A DNA stretch of 64,000 bases. Origin: a virus. The position numbers were made by a program, and so were the translations under genes. Shown piece by piece: positions 10,569 to 21,385 of the stretch (the first letter of the stretch is position 1; each line of letters starts with the position of its first letter). The stretch lies in the IMG/VR virus record IMGVR_UViG_3300008116_000076; one strand, 5' to 3'. Under the pieces are notes generated by a model. It made no database searches. It saw only the letters and a program-made list of their open reading frames with translations, and was not told where the DNA came from.

Positions 10569-10576
10569 TATAAATA
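10569..10576 (+). promoter_or_regulatory. Late promoter TATAAATA
   Basis: Exact gp55 consensus upstream of gp18. Confidence 0.8.
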
Positions 10577-10623
10577 AAACAAGAAAATCATAATAAACAT
10601 TCTCGCATAAAGGGAGAGAAAAT

Positions 10624-13245
10624 ATGGCATTTCAATTAAGTCCTGGTGTTAATATCACTGAAATTGACCTAACTACAGTAGTTCCAGCAGTTGCTACATC
10701 TGATGGTGCTTTTGCTGGTGTGTTTCGTTGGGGTCCAATTGGTGAAAGAGTTTTCATTGACTCCGAAACAGTTTTAGTACAAAGATTCGGAAAGCCAACA
10801 AATTTTAATGCAGAGACATTTTTCACTGCTGCAAACTTTCTAAGTTACGCCAATCGTCTTTACATTTCACGTGCTGCAAATACAACTGGTGCAACACCAG
10901 CTTACATAAATTTTAATGTTCAGGCAAACACTACAGTTTCAAACACAATTCTAACTGGTAATGGTAGTGCTAATGTTGCTAATCTTGGTCTTGCTGTTGG
11001 TATGTATATCAACCAGACAACAAATTCACAATCAATCCCAACAGGCAATTCTTATCAGATTGTATCTATCAACACAACTGCTATTGTCCTAAACAAGGGT
11101 GTTTATTCTAATCAGTCAGGTTCAACTGGTTCTTCAACATCTAACGCTTCAATCTACTTTGGTCGTTCAGAAGTAGCATATTCAGCGGTTGCAATCAACC
11201 CAGATTCAACTAGCGTATCAAATCTTAACATCAGCACAGGTGTTGGTTTCGTTGCCAATCTAGTTAATCAGATTGTTAAGAACGAAAACGATTACACTAG
11301 TAAAGATGGTAATTTCGATACTGATGTTCTTTATCTAGCAAAATATCCTGGTGAAATGGGTAACTCATTAAGAGTTAGTGTATGTGATACTTCTAATAGT
11401 TTCTCATCAAATATTGATCTAGCAAGTTCAATTGATACAAGAATTCACTTCGTAATTGGTTCAAACACAGCTACAATTAAATTCCGTGGATCAGCTAATG
11501 CTTCACCAGCAACATATGCTGCATATTTTGCAACTGGAGACCAAATTCTAGCTGGTAACAGTAGCATTGATTATCAGTATATGCTTGTAAAGAGCATAGT
11601 TACAGGTGCTAATAACACTACATCTGGATCATTTGACGGTAATAGTGGTATTAGTAATTCAACTAACTTTATCACCATTTCAGCAAATCCATTCTCTAAT
11701 GGTGACTCTGTAATATATGCTAATGCTGCTGGTAATAATGTTGTTTCCGGTCTAACATCAGGTACAACATATTATGTTGTAGAAGCTAATTCTAGCGGTG
11801 TTAAGCTTTCATCAACACCTTTTGGTGATTCAATCAATATTACTTCTGCTAGTGGTTCTGATGGTACTCTTACTGCTAATGTTTCATCAGTTTCTATTCA
11901 GTTTGAAGATCCATATAGACTACGTGTACCATATACTTCAAATGTTGTACAGCGTCAGTGGGAATTCTTCAATGTTGTTGACAGCGCCCCAGGTCAGTCA
12001 AATTGGCAGCTTTTCAACGGTAATACATCAGCCAATGATGAGCTACATGTTGTAGTTGTTGATGATAGAGGAGACTTTACAGGAACTCCAGGAACTATTC
12101 TTGAAGTTTACAAAGGTCTTTCAAGAGCAACAGACGCACAAAATCTTGATGGTTCCGACAATTATTACAAGAATGTAATTAATCAGGGATCACAGTATAT
12201 CTGGGTTACAAATGATAGACCAACTGCTCTTTCAAACACTGCAGTAAATCTAACTTCTTCAACAGCAACAAAATCAATGAATGTTATCATGACCCTTGGT
12301 GCTGATGGACTTTCAGAATCAAATGCATCTCTTGGTATTCTTGGACAAGCATATGATCTATTCAAGTCACCAGAAGACATTGATATCTCACTTGTTCTAC
12401 AAGGAAGACCTATCGGTGGTACAACTGTGGTTAATGGAAGAACTGTACAGAACTTCCAGCTAGCAAACTATATCATTGATAATATCTGTGAAACAAGAAG
12501 AGATTGCGTTGCTCTAATTTCACCTTCAAGAAATGTTGTTCTGAACAACGTAGGCAATGAAACTCTTGATCTTGTTGCATGGAGAGGCTCTCTTCGTAGT
12601 ACTTCTTATGCAGTTTTGGATTCCGGTTATAAATATATGTATGATCGTTATAACGATGTTTATCGTTGGGTTCCAATGAACGGTGATATTGCCGGTCTAT
12701 GTGTAAGAACTGATAGTACAAATGACGCTTGGTGGTCTCCTGCAGGATTTAATCGTGGTCAGATTAAGAACCTAGTTAAACTAGCCTTTAATCCAAACAA
12801 ACCACAAAGAGACATTCTATATCCTAATGGAATTAATCCTGTGGTTACATTCCCAGGTCAGGGAACTGTTCTCTATGGTGATAAAACATTACAGGCCAAG
12901 CCATCTGCGTTTGATCGTATCAACGTTCGCAGACTATTCATTGTTCTTGAAAAGGCAATTTCAACTGCCGCTAAGTATTCACTATTCGAATTCAATGATG
13001 CGTTTACAAGAGCACAGTTCAGAAACCTTGTCGTTCCTTATCTAAGAACTGTTAAGGGTCGCAGAGGTATTACTGACTTCCTAGTAGTATGTGACGAAAC
13101 TAACAATACTCCACAGATTATTGATACTAATCAGTTTGTTGGTGACATCTATATTAAACCTGCGAGAAGCATTAACTTCATTCAGCTTAACTTTATTGCT
13201 GTGCCAACAGGTGTACAATTCAGTGAAGTTGTTGGAAAGTTTTAA
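10624..13245 (+). CDS. 18: Tail sheath protein gp18 (enlarged by insertions)
   Basis: MAFQLSPGV start; WWSPAGFNRG, FDRINVRRLF. Confidence 0.97.
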   Translation: MAFQLSPGVNITEIDLTTVVPAVATSDGAFAGVFRWGPIGERVFIDSETVLVQRFGKPTNFNAETFFTAANFLSYANRLYISRAANTTGATPAYINFNVQANTTVSNTILTGNGSANVANLGLAVGMYINQTTNSQSIPTGNSYQIVSINTTAIVLNKGVYSNQSGSTGSSTSNASIYFGRSEVAYSAVAINPDSTSVSNLNISTGVGFVANLVNQIVKNENDYTSKDGNFDTDVLYLAKYPGEMGNSLRVSVCDTSNSFSSNIDLASSIDTRIHFVIGSNTATIKFRGSANASPATYAAYFATGDQILAGNSSIDYQYMLVKSIVTGANNTTSGSFDGNSGISNSTNFITISANPFSNGDSVIYANAAGNNVVSGLTSGTTYYVVEANSSGVKLSSTPFGDSINITSASGSDGTLTANVSSVSIQFEDPYRLRVPYTSNVVQRQWEFFNVVDSAPGQSNWQLFNGNTSANDELHVVVVDDRGDFTGTPGTILEVYKGLSRATDAQNLDGSDNYYKNVINQGSQYIWVTNDRPTALSNTAVNLTSSTATKSMNVIMTLGADGLSESNASLGILGQAYDLFKSPEDIDISLVLQGRPIGGTTVVNGRTVQNFQLANYIIDNICETRRDCVALISPSRNVVLNNVGNETLDLVAWRGSLRSTSYAVLDSGYKYMYDRYNDVYRWVPMNGDIAGLCVRTDSTNDAWWSPAGFNRGQIKNLVKLAFNPNKPQRDILYPNGINPVVTFPGQGTVLYGDKTLQAKPSAFDRINVRRLFIVLEKAISTAAKYSLFEFNDAFTRAQFRNLVVPYLRTVKGRRGITDFLVVCDETNNTPQIIDTNQFVGDIYIKPARSINFIQLNFIAVPTGVQFSEVVGKF

Positions 13246-13276
13246 TAAATAGATAAAACTCAAAGGAGTAAAATAG

Positions 13277-13891
13277 ATGGCTTTTAATATTAGCGCATTC
13301 AAATCAAGAGGTCTGGTATACGGTGGTGCCAGACCATCCCTCTTCGAAGTTATTTTAACACCACCAGCAGGATTGGGTCTAAATCCTGCTGCTCTACAGA
13401 AGTTCATCTTCACATGTAAGGCAGCAGAACTACCAGAATCAACAATTTCAAATATTGAAATTCCATATTTTGGTAGAAGAATTAAAGTTGCTGGAGAGCG
13501 TTCATTCGCTGATTGGTCAGTAACTATCATGAACGACGAAGATTTCGGTGTTCGTTCAATGTTTGAAGCATGGCAGAATGCTATAAATACCATTGTTTCA
13601 AATGTTAGACTACAATCTGCATCAACAGAGCAGTATAAGACTATAGTCGAAGTAACACAGTTCTCTAAGGATGGTGACATTCTTCGTACTTATCAGTTAG
13701 TTGGCGCATTTCCAACTGCAGTTGCTGGTATTGGTCTTGGTTGGGATACACAGAATGCTATTGAAGAGTTTACAGTAAACTTTTCATATGATTACTGGCT
13801 ACCAATCATTGAAAACGCTTCTAACAAGACTGCCGGTCAGGTTACAGAATTCCTTGGTCAGACCGAAGCTGGCCCTCAGTCAGTACTATAA
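13277..13891 (+). CDS. 19: Tail tube protein gp19
   Basis: GGARPSLFEV, YFGRRIKVAGERSFADW. Confidence 0.95.
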   Translation: MAFNISAFKSRGLVYGGARPSLFEVILTPPAGLGLNPAALQKFIFTCKAAELPESTISNIEIPYFGRRIKVAGERSFADWSVTIMNDEDFGVRSMFEAWQNAINTIVSNVRLQSASTEQYKTIVEVTQFSKDGDILRTYQLVGAFPTAVAGIGLGWDTQNAIEEFTVNFSYDYWLPIIENASNKTAGQVTEFLGQTEAGPQSVL

Positions 13892-13912
13892 TAAATACTT
13901 TTATATTATTAA

Positions 13913-13932
13913 GGAGGGATTAATTTCCCTCC
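13913..13932 (+). terminator. Hairpin between gp19 and gp20
   Basis: GGAGGGA-TTAATT-TCCCTCC inverted repeat; weak U-tract. Confidence 0.5.
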
Positions 13933-13951
13933 AATATTTGGGAGAAAAAAT

Positions 13952-15763
13952 TTGGCAGAACTTTTCGGCTTCGAATTAAGAAAAAGAAGACCAACTTCAG
14001 ATTTACCATCATTTGCACCTCCAAAGGATGCAGATGATGGTGCTGTTGTCGTCTCTGCTGGTGGTGCATATGGTACATATGTTGATCTTGATGGCACAGT
14101 AAGATCCGAAGCGGAGTTAGTTACAAAATATCGTGAAATGTCATTACAACCAGAAGTTGATTCGGCTATTGACGAAATTGTAAATGAGTCTATCGCTATT
14201 GATGAACCACATGTAGTCACAATCAATCTTGATGAATTACAATTAAAAGAAAATATTAAACAGGTCATCAGACAAGAATTTCAAACTTGTCTTAATTTAT
14301 TAGAATTCAATAAGTATTCATATGAAGTCTACCGTCGTTGGTATATTGATGGAAGACTTTATTATCACGTTATCATTGATGATAGAAATCCACTAGCTGG
14401 TATTCAGGAACTTCGTTACGTTGATCCACGAAAGATCAGAAAAGTAAGAGAAGTTCAAAAGAAAAAAATTCAAGCAAACAATCCCGGTGACTCAGTAGTA
14501 TCAAAAACTGTAAATGAATATTACATTTTCAATGATAAGGGATTTAACTTTGGTAACAAGTCAGTTGGAACATCAACAACTGGACTGAAAGTAGCCAAAG
14601 ACTCTATTCTTCACGTTGTTTCTGGTTTGACTGATAACCAAGGAACAATGGTTCTTTCATATCTCCATAAAGCAATTAAACCATTAAATCAGCTTAGAAC
14701 ACTTGAAGATTCTCTAGTGATTTATCGTCTTGCAAGAGCACCAGAACGTCGTATTTGGTATATTGATGTCGGTAATCTTCCAAAGATGAAAGCAGAGCAA
14801 TATGTTCGTGACATTATGGTTAAGCATAAAAACAGATTAATCTATGACGCCCAAACAGGCGACATTAGAGATGATCGCAAATTCATGACGATGCTTGAAG
14901 ACTATTGGCTTCCTCGTCGTGAAGGTGGTAGAGGTACGGAGGTTACTACCCTACCCGGCGGTCAAACCCTTGGACAAATGGATGACGTTCTTTATTTCCA
15001 AAAGAAACTATTGAACTCCCTTAATGTCCCAATTAGCCGTCTTAATTCAGATGCACTATTTTCTGTAGGTCGTGCAACTGAAATTACTCGTGATGAAATT
15101 AAATTCATGGGATTCATTACAAGATTAAGATCACGCTTTTCTCAAGTATTTTTAAAGCTTCTTGAAAAACAATTAGTACTTAAAAATATTGTTGCTCTTG
15201 AAGATTGGTTAACAATTCAAAACAGTATTAAATTTGATTTCGCTAAAGACAATTACTTTGCAGAACTTAAAGATGCTGAAATTGCAACAGAACGTCTACG
15301 TCTTGCAGGAGCATATCAAGAATTTGCTGAGAAGTATTTCTCACACTACTATATTCGTAAGAATGTTCTTAAACAGACTGATGATGATATCATGCAAATT
15401 GATCAACAGATTGCAATGGAAAATCAGTCACAAGATCCAAGATGGGTCAATCCTAATATACTTTCCAATGAACAAATGGTTATGCAAACAAATGCTATGA
15501 TGCAGCAACCCGGACAACCGGGTGCTGATTTATCACCCGGAACAGAAGGTTCTCCCGGTCCATCAGAAGAAGCAAAGAAGATGGAAGATGTTCGTAAGGC
15601 ACAGATTGTAGTTAAACAAATGAAAGATTTAGGCAAAGAAAACAGAACAGATAAAGACAACCAAAAATATAAAGCTGCTGTTCAGGTTCTTGCTAAAAAT
15701 AAAGATTTAGCAACTAAAGTGGCTGGCACTGCTGGCATCCAAGATGATAAAGGTGGACAATGA
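13952..15763 (+). CDS. 20: Portal vertex protein gp20
   Basis: YRLARAPERRIWYIDVGNLP, EDYWLPRREGGRGTE; TTG start; extended C-terminus. Confidence 0.97.
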   Translation: MAELFGFELRKRRPTSDLPSFAPPKDADDGAVVVSAGGAYGTYVDLDGTVRSEAELVTKYREMSLQPEVDSAIDEIVNESIAIDEPHVVTINLDELQLKENIKQVIRQEFQTCLNLLEFNKYSYEVYRRWYIDGRLYYHVIIDDRNPLAGIQELRYVDPRKIRKVREVQKKKIQANNPGDSVVSKTVNEYYIFNDKGFNFGNKSVGTSTTGLKVAKDSILHVVSGLTDNQGTMVLSYLHKAIKPLNQLRTLEDSLVIYRLARAPERRIWYIDVGNLPKMKAEQYVRDIMVKHKNRLIYDAQTGDIRDDRKFMTMLEDYWLPRREGGRGTEVTTLPGGQTLGQMDDVLYFQKKLLNSLNVPISRLNSDALFSVGRATEITRDEIKFMGFITRLRSRFSQVFLKLLEKQLVLKNIVALEDWLTIQNSIKFDFAKDNYFAELKDAEIATERLRLAGAYQEFAEKYFSHYYIRKNVLKQTDDDIMQIDQQIAMENQSQDPRWVNPNILSNEQMVMQTNAMMQQPGQPGADLSPGTEGSPGPSEEAKKMEDVRKAQIVVKQMKDLGKENRTDKDNQKYKAAVQVLAKNKDLATKVAGTAGIQDDKGGQ

Positions 15764-16005
15764 CAGAAGATAATAAATATGAATTAGATGATTTAGTTAC
15801 TGCTACTGTAGATAAAAAACCAGTAGAATTCGAACAGGCATTCAGCGATCTAATGATTGATAGAATTAGAACCGCTGTAGAAGATAAAAAAATGCAAATA
15901 GCTCAACAAATGTATGGTTACGAACCACCAGAAGAATTTGATACGGACGAAAATGATGATATTGGTGCTAGTGATGTAGAAATAGAAGAACCAGAGGAAG
16001 AATAA
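15760..16005 (+). CDS. Acidic prohead core protein (gp67-like)
   Basis: Small acidic ORF directly after portal, as in T4. Confidence 0.6.
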   Translation: MTEDNKYELDDLVTATVDKKPVEFEQAFSDLMIDRIRTAVEDKKMQIAQQMYGYEPPEEFDTDENDDIGASDVEIEEPEEE

Positions 16006-16006
16006 A

Positions 16007-16723
16007 ATGGCAAAACCATTACGTCACGTCACAGGTGTAAAATCCAGTAAAACAGTTTCAATGGACCTTAAAGATTACGATAAGTCTCCAGATGGCGCAA
16101 GATTGGCTGCAAAACAAAATATTGAAGTACATGCTGATCGTGCCGGTAATGGCGATGATGTTTATAAGGGAAAAACTAAAGAGGCTCCTTATAAAAAGCA
16201 AACAAAAGTAGCTGAAGAAGTTGAACTTGATGAAGGCAATAAAGAAAATAAAGAAAAGAAAAAGGCTGTAGTTGCTCGTGAACCAAAAGAAAAGAAAAAG
16301 AGCGACTTTGATCCAAGAGAATTTTTTAGTGCTGCAAGACGTGGCCGTACAAATGAAGCAGCTTGTAATCATACAAATGAAGGAGTCTACTGTGAAGTTC
16401 ATGGTGAATCCACTTGCCCTTCTGATGACAAAAAAGATTACAAGGATAAAAAAGGTCGTAAACTTCTAATTGACAAGAAGAAGATACAAGAAAATATCGT
16501 TAATGAGGTTGCACCACCAGACCCAAAGATTGAAAAGTGGGTCAAGGCAAACAAAGAACGCTTTGTAAAAGAATATGGTAAGAAAAAAGGCATGGAAGTT
16601 CTTTATGCAACTGCATGGAAAAGACATGGACAATCAGAATCAGGACCAGCAACCAATACTGATTATGCAGGACCAGGTGCTGCTGGTTGGACAACTGGTA
16701 GAATGGATGTAGGAACACTATGA
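16007..16723 (+). CDS. Head-module protein (prohead core/gp68 position)
   Basis: Charged protein with FVKEYGKKKG..VLYATAWK motif; synteny. Confidence 0.5.
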   Translation: MAKPLRHVTGVKSSKTVSMDLKDYDKSPDGARLAAKQNIEVHADRAGNGDDVYKGKTKEAPYKKQTKVAEEVELDEGNKENKEKKKAVVAREPKEKKKSDFDPREFFSAARRGRTNEAACNHTNEGVYCEVHGESTCPSDDKKDYKDKKGRKLLIDKKKIQENIVNEVAPPDPKIEKWVKANKERFVKEYGKKKGMEVLYATAWKRHGQSESGPATNTDYAGPGAAGWTTGRMDVGTL

Positions 16724-16962
16724 TTATCAGATTAATAGGACCAGAAATTTCGGTCGCAACCGCAAATGCAGTTTCAAATGCAACTCTTGTTAGAGTCATC
16801 AATACAGGTGCATCTGCAACAATGAATGTGGCTTATAGCAACGGAACTGTTTATGCTAATTTAACAGTAACAAATACTGAAAGTGTTATTTTACAAAAAT
16901 CAGCAACAGATACCATCATTGGAGCTAATATGAAAGCCGCTCCAATAGCATACAGATACTAA
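16720..16962 (+). CDS. Hypothetical virion protein
   Basis: 80-aa ORF with RBS between core and protease genes. Confidence 0.55.
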   Translation: MIIRLIGPEISVATANAVSNATLVRVINTGASATMNVAYSNGTVYANLTVTNTESVILQKSATDTIIGANMKAAPIAYRY

Positions 16963-16971
16963 GGTAGAACA

Positions 16972-17634
16972 ATGAAACTTATTACAGAACTATCAGAAGA
17001 AACACAATATATCACTGAAAAGAATGAAGACGGTAAGAACTACCGTTATATTACAGGTAGATTTATTGTTGGTGAAGAAAAGAACAAAAATGGTCGTATG
17101 TACCCTATGGATGTTCTTGAAAATGAAGTTTCAAGATATCTTAGAGAAGTGGTAAATATGAAGAGAGCCTATGGTGAGTTAAATCATCCATCAGGTCCAA
17201 CAATCAATCTTCAAAATGTTTCTCATATTATCACAGAGTTGAAAAAAGAAAAGAATTATTTCAACGGTAAGGCAAGACTAACAGAAACACCAATGGGTAA
17301 AGTTGCTATTGGACTTTTAGAGTCCGGTGGACAGCTAGGTGTTTCAACACGTGGTATGGGTTCTCTTAAAGAGAGCAATGGTGTTATGATAGTTCAAAAA
17401 GATTTTAAACTTTCTACAGTTGATATTGTCTCCGATCCAAGCGGTCCTGGTTGCTTTGTTAATGGTATTATGGAAGGTGTTGAATGGTATTATGATGCCG
17501 TGAGAGATACTTGGATGGAAGAAAAATTAGAAAATACAAAGAAAAAGATTCATAAAATGTCCAAGAAGCAAATTGAAGAACAGCAAATGGCTATTTTCGA
17601 AAACTTTATTGCTTCATTGGTAAAATTAAAATAA
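16972..17634 (+). CDS. 21: Prohead protease gp21
   Basis: GELNHP, GVSTRGMGSL, DIVSDPS. Confidence 0.95.
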   Translation: MKLITELSEETQYITEKNEDGKNYRYITGRFIVGEEKNKNGRMYPMDVLENEVSRYLREVVNMKRAYGELNHPSGPTINLQNVSHIITELKKEKNYFNGKARLTETPMGKVAIGLLESGGQLGVSTRGMGSLKESNGVMIVQKDFKLSTVDIVSDPSGPGCFVNGIMEGVEWYYDAVRDTWMEEKLENTKKKIHKMSKKQIEEQQMAIFENFIASLVKLK

Positions 17635-17635
17635 T

Positions 17636-17643
17636 TATAAATA
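17636..17643 (+). promoter_or_regulatory. Late promoter TATAAATA
   Basis: Exact consensus upstream of gp22. Confidence 0.8.
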
Positions 17644-17676
17644 GTTAAAGTAAATTCACAATAGGAGACTATTCTA

Positions 17677-18846
17677 ATGGCTAATTTAGAAAAAGAATAT
17701 GATGTAGAAGACGTTGCTGATCTTGATGAAGCAAAGTATGAATCAGGTGGAAAGCATCATGAAGAGGAAGAAGAAGAGGAAGAAGAAGAGTCTTCTAAGA
17801 AACGTCATGCTAAGAAGAAGATGAAAAAAGTAGAAGAAGAGTCTGAAGAAGTTTCAGAAGAAACTCTTGCTGCATCTTCACTTCATCCAGGTGCTGCACC
17901 AGGAGATAAAATGACCAAAGTTGGCATGATGACAACTGTTATGGGTAAGATGCATAACATGTCAAAGGGTGATCTAACTCACTGGTTCAATGCAACCATG
18001 GCTCAGTTTGGTCCTGGTAAGACATATGGTGTTGGAGATAATTCAGCACACAATCAGGGAACAATTGATTCCAAGCTTGGTGCTGGTCCAAAGACAAGAG
18101 ATCCTATGCCACGTCTAAGCGTAAAGGAAGACGTTGAAGAGATGTTCAACGGTCAAGACCTTTCAGAAGAATTCAAGGAAAACGCTGCTACACTATTTGA
18201 AGCTGCTGTTTCCGCCAGATTAATTGCTGAAACTGCTCGTCTAGAAGAAGAGTATGAAGCAAAGCTACATGAAGAACTCGCTACTTTCAGTGAAGAACTA
18301 ACATCTCAGCTTGACACATATCTAGATTATGTTGCTGAAAACTGGATGAAGGAAAACGAAGTAGCTATTGAATCAACCCTACGCAATGAACTCGCAGGAG
18401 AATTCATTGAAGGATTGAAGAACTTATTCGCTGAACACTATATCGATGTTCCAGAGAATAAGATTGATGTTCTTGAGGCAATGGCTGAAAAGGTCAATGC
18501 TCTTGAAGAATCACTAAATGAAGCAATTTCTGAAAACATTGAGCTAAAGAACTTTGTTGTTGAAGGACAAATGCAGGAAGTATTCAGTGAACTTGCATCT
18601 GACCTTGCACTGACACAGCAAGAAAAGTTTGCTGCTCTAGCAGAGGGAATTGAATTCGATGGCGATCTAGATGTTTATGCAAAGAAACTAATGATTGTCA
18701 AAGAAAATTATTTCAAAAATGAAGGTTCTTCTTATTCTTCAAACATTGAAGAAGAAACATTTGAAGGTGTTGTATCTGAGTCTGTTAGTGTTGATCCATT
18801 GGTCAACCGTTATGTTCAGGCAATCACCAAGACTGTTAAAAAGTAA
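17677..18846 (+). CDS. 22: Prohead core scaffold gp22
   Basis: LSEEFKENAATLFEAAV, YLDYVAENWMKEN. Confidence 0.92.
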   Translation: MANLEKEYDVEDVADLDEAKYESGGKHHEEEEEEEEEESSKKRHAKKKMKKVEEESEEVSEETLAASSLHPGAAPGDKMTKVGMMTTVMGKMHNMSKGDLTHWFNATMAQFGPGKTYGVGDNSAHNQGTIDSKLGAGPKTRDPMPRLSVKEDVEEMFNGQDLSEEFKENAATLFEAAVSARLIAETARLEEEYEAKLHEELATFSEELTSQLDTYLDYVAENWMKENEVAIESTLRNELAGEFIEGLKNLFAEHYIDVPENKIDVLEAMAEKVNALEESLNEAISENIELKNFVVEGQMQEVFSELASDLALTQQEKFAALAEGIEFDGDLDVYAKKLMIVKENYFKNEGSSYSSNIEEETFEGVVSESVSVDPLVNRYVQAITKTVKK

Positions 18847-18851
18847 GATTT

Positions 18852-18859
18852 TATAAATA
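18852..18859 (+). promoter_or_regulatory. Late promoter TATAAATA
   Basis: Exact consensus upstream of gp23. Confidence 0.8.
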
Positions 18860-18893
18860 AAATAAAGTATATTTCTTAAGAAAGGAAATTTAA

Positions 18894-20288
18894 ATGTATC
18901 TAGCCGAAGAAATTCAAAACAAGTGGGCACCAGTTCTTGATCACGACGCTCTAGGCGTTATCAAGGATCAGCACCGCCGTTCAGTAACAGCAGTAATGCT
19001 TGAAAATACTGAAAGAGCACTCCGTGAGTCAGCCGCTCATGGTTCCTATCAGACACTAACAGAAACTGATTCATTGGTTCCTGTTAACCAGATGGGCGCT
19101 TCTTCATCAACTGCAGGTGCTGGTGGTATCGATACTTTCGACCCAGTTCTTATTTCTCTAGTTCGTCGTGCAATGCCTAACCTCATTGCTTATGACATCT
19201 GCGGCGTACAGCCAATGACAGGTCCAACAGGACTTATCTTTGCTATGCGTTCAAAGTACAACAACCAGGGAAATGGTACTTCAAATACTTCATATGCTGG
19301 TGTTCAGGCAAACGAAACATTCTATGATGAAGTTAATACTTCATTCTCAACTCGTGTTGACAATAAGACTGGTTTCGGTAACGCTCATGTTGGTACAATT
19401 CCAGGTGCAACTAATACTTCACCTCTTGCTGCACTATCAACATATAACACTGGTTCTGGTATGTCAACTGCACAGGCAGAAGCTCTTGGAACTGATTCCA
19501 ATACAGCTTTCCCACAGATGGCCTTCTCAATTGAAAAGGTTACTGTAACTGCCAACACTCGTGCTCTAAAGGCAGAGTATACTATGGAACTTGCACAGGA
19601 TCTTAAGGCAATCCATGGTCTAGACGCCGAAACAGAACTAGCAAACATTCTTTCAGCAGAAATCATGGCTGAAATCAACCGTGAAGTTGTTCGTACAATC
19701 AACATCACTGCCGTTGCTGGTGCCCAGGATAACGTTACAACTGCTGGTGTCTTCGATCTTGACACTGACTCAAACGGTCGTTGGTCAGTTGAAAAGTTCA
19801 AGGGTCTAATGTTCCAGCTAGAGCGTGAAGCCAACCAGATCGCCAAGCAGACCCGTCGTGGTAAGGGTAACATCGTTATCTGTTCTTCAGACGTTGCTTC
19901 TGCTCTACAGATGGCCGGTGTTCTTGACTACGCTCCTGCTCTTAATTCAAACAACCTACAGGTTGACGATACTGGAAACACTTTCGCTGGTGTTCTAAAT
20001 GGTCGTCTACGTGTTTACATTGATCCATATGCTATCGGTGGTAACTATATCACAGTTGGCTATAAGGGATCAAGTGCATTCGACGCTGGTCTATTCTATT
20101 GCCCATACGTTCCACTACAGATGGTTCGTGCAGTTGATCAGTCAAGCTTCCAGCCAAAGATCGGCTTTAAGACTCGTTACGGAATGGTTGCAAATCCATT
20201 CGCTGAAGGTCTTAATAAGGGTCTTGGTGCTCTTGCACTCAGCACTAACAAGTATTATCGTAGAGTTATTGTTAATAACCTTATGTAA
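18894..20288 (+). CDS. 23: Major capsid protein gp23
   Basis: CGVQPMTGPTGLIFAMRS, ELAQDLKAIHGLDAE, FKTRYGMVANPF. Confidence 0.98.
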   Translation: MYLAEEIQNKWAPVLDHDALGVIKDQHRRSVTAVMLENTERALRESAAHGSYQTLTETDSLVPVNQMGASSSTAGAGGIDTFDPVLISLVRRAMPNLIAYDICGVQPMTGPTGLIFAMRSKYNNQGNGTSNTSYAGVQANETFYDEVNTSFSTRVDNKTGFGNAHVGTIPGATNTSPLAALSTYNTGSGMSTAQAEALGTDSNTAFPQMAFSIEKVTVTANTRALKAEYTMELAQDLKAIHGLDAETELANILSAEIMAEINREVVRTINITAVAGAQDNVTTAGVFDLDTDSNGRWSVEKFKGLMFQLEREANQIAKQTRRGKGNIVICSSDVASALQMAGVLDYAPALNSNNLQVDDTGNTFAGVLNGRLRVYIDPYAIGGNYITVGYKGSSAFDAGLFYCPYVPLQMVRAVDQSSFQPKIGFKTRYGMVANPFAEGLNKGLGALALSTNKYYRRVIVNNLM

Positions 20289-20323
20289 TTTGGCTGCGGA
20301 CAAAGATCCGTCGTCTATAAACT

Positions 20324-20349
20324 GGGGGGCAGAAATGCTCCCCTTTTTT
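20324..20349 (+). terminator. Rho-independent terminator after gp23
   Basis: GGGGGGCA-GAAA-TGCTCCCC followed by a T-run; late promoter TATAAATA follows at 20351. Confidence 0.8.
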
Positions 20350-20375
20350 ATATAAATAGGTGAAAGGAGTTTCAA

Positions 20376-20897
20376 ATGTCAGCTATAGATAATACACCAG
20401 AAAATAAAAATTTCCTTTCTCCTCTTAATTTTAAATTCTTTATTAAGAGATCACCTCATGTTAACTTTTTCATACAGAAAGTTAATATTCCAGAAATGGC
20501 ATTAAAGCCAACTAACTTTCCAAATCCTCTAGTAAATTTTCCAATACCTGGTGAACATATTGACTACGGTATATTGAACATTACATTTAAAGTTGATGAA
20601 GACCTACAAAACTATCTTGAAATTCACAACTGGATTAGAGCATTAGGTAAACCAACTGAATATGATGAACATAAAGTATTATCAGAAAAAGCAATAGTTA
20701 CAGGTGAAGGAATATACTCAGATATATCTTTGATGGTTTTATCAAGTACTAAAATGGCAAATTATGAAGTCATATTCGTTGATGCACATCCTATAAATCT
20801 TTCAGGATTAGTATTCAATACTATTGATTCAGATGTCAATTATATAGAAGCATCAGCATCATTTAAATACAATTATTACGATATCAATAACATATAA
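20376..20897 (+). CDS. 3: Tail tube terminator gp3
   Basis: NFLSPLNFKF, FKVDEDLQNYLEIHNWI. Confidence 0.88.
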   Translation: MSAIDNTPENKNFLSPLNFKFFIKRSPHVNFFIQKVNIPEMALKPTNFPNPLVNFPIPGEHIDYGILNITFKVDEDLQNYLEIHNWIRALGKPTEYDEHKVLSEKAIVTGEGIYSDISLMVLSSTKMANYEVIFVDAHPINLSGLVFNTIDSDVNYIEASASFKYNYYDINNI

Positions 20898-20900
20898 TTG

Positions 20901-20929
20901 TTGACAATTATTTAAATTCGTGATATAAT
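20901..20929 (+). promoter_or_regulatory. Sigma70-type promoter
   Basis: TTGACA-17-TATAAT perfect consensus upstream of uvsY. Confidence 0.8.
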
Positions 20930-20953
20930 TAATCGTTTAATATGGAGAGAAAT

Positions 20954-21385
20954 ATGGATATTGAAGAGATACTTTCTCAGTGGAAAATTGATGGTGTAAT
21001 TGATAAAACTGAATTAGGTGATGAATCTATAAAGAAAGCCAAACTTCATCACAAATATTACGAAATATTAATAAAAGAAAGACTTAAACTTAAAAAACTT
21101 GATTCTCAATTAAGAAGTCTAAAGTTTGAAAAGTATGAGTATTTCACTCAAGGTGCCTCCGAAGAACATATTCAAAAAGGATGGAAGCCTCTAAGAAAAA
21201 TTATAATAAAATCAGAAGTTTCAATGTATATGGATGCTGACGAAGATATTATCAATATGAACTTGTGTATCAGTGAACAGCAAGAAAAAGTTGATCTTTT
21301 GATGGATATTTTAAAAGTTATACATAATAGAGGGTTTGATGTGAGAAATGCTATTGAATGGCAGAAATTCACAATGGGGGGTTGA
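20954..21385 (+). CDS. uvsY: Recombination mediator UvsY
   Basis: LHHKYY, NRGFDVRNAIEWQKF; GGAG RBS before ATG 20954. Confidence 0.88.
   Translation: MDIEEILSQWKIDGVIDKTELGDESIKKAKLHHKYYEILIKERLKLKKLDSQLRSLKFEKYEYFTQGASEEHIQKGWKPLRKIIIKSEVSMYMDADEDIINMNLCISEQQEKVDLLMDILKVIHNRGFDVRNAIEWQKFTMGG

Noticed and set aside
13081-14268. Minus-strand ORFs (199 aa, 119 aa) opposite gp18/gp19/gp20
   Set aside because: Antisense shadows of conserved structural genes with no recognisable motifs.
17755-17790. GAA/GAG run in gp22
   Set aside because: It encodes a poly-Glu tract typical of scaffold proteins.
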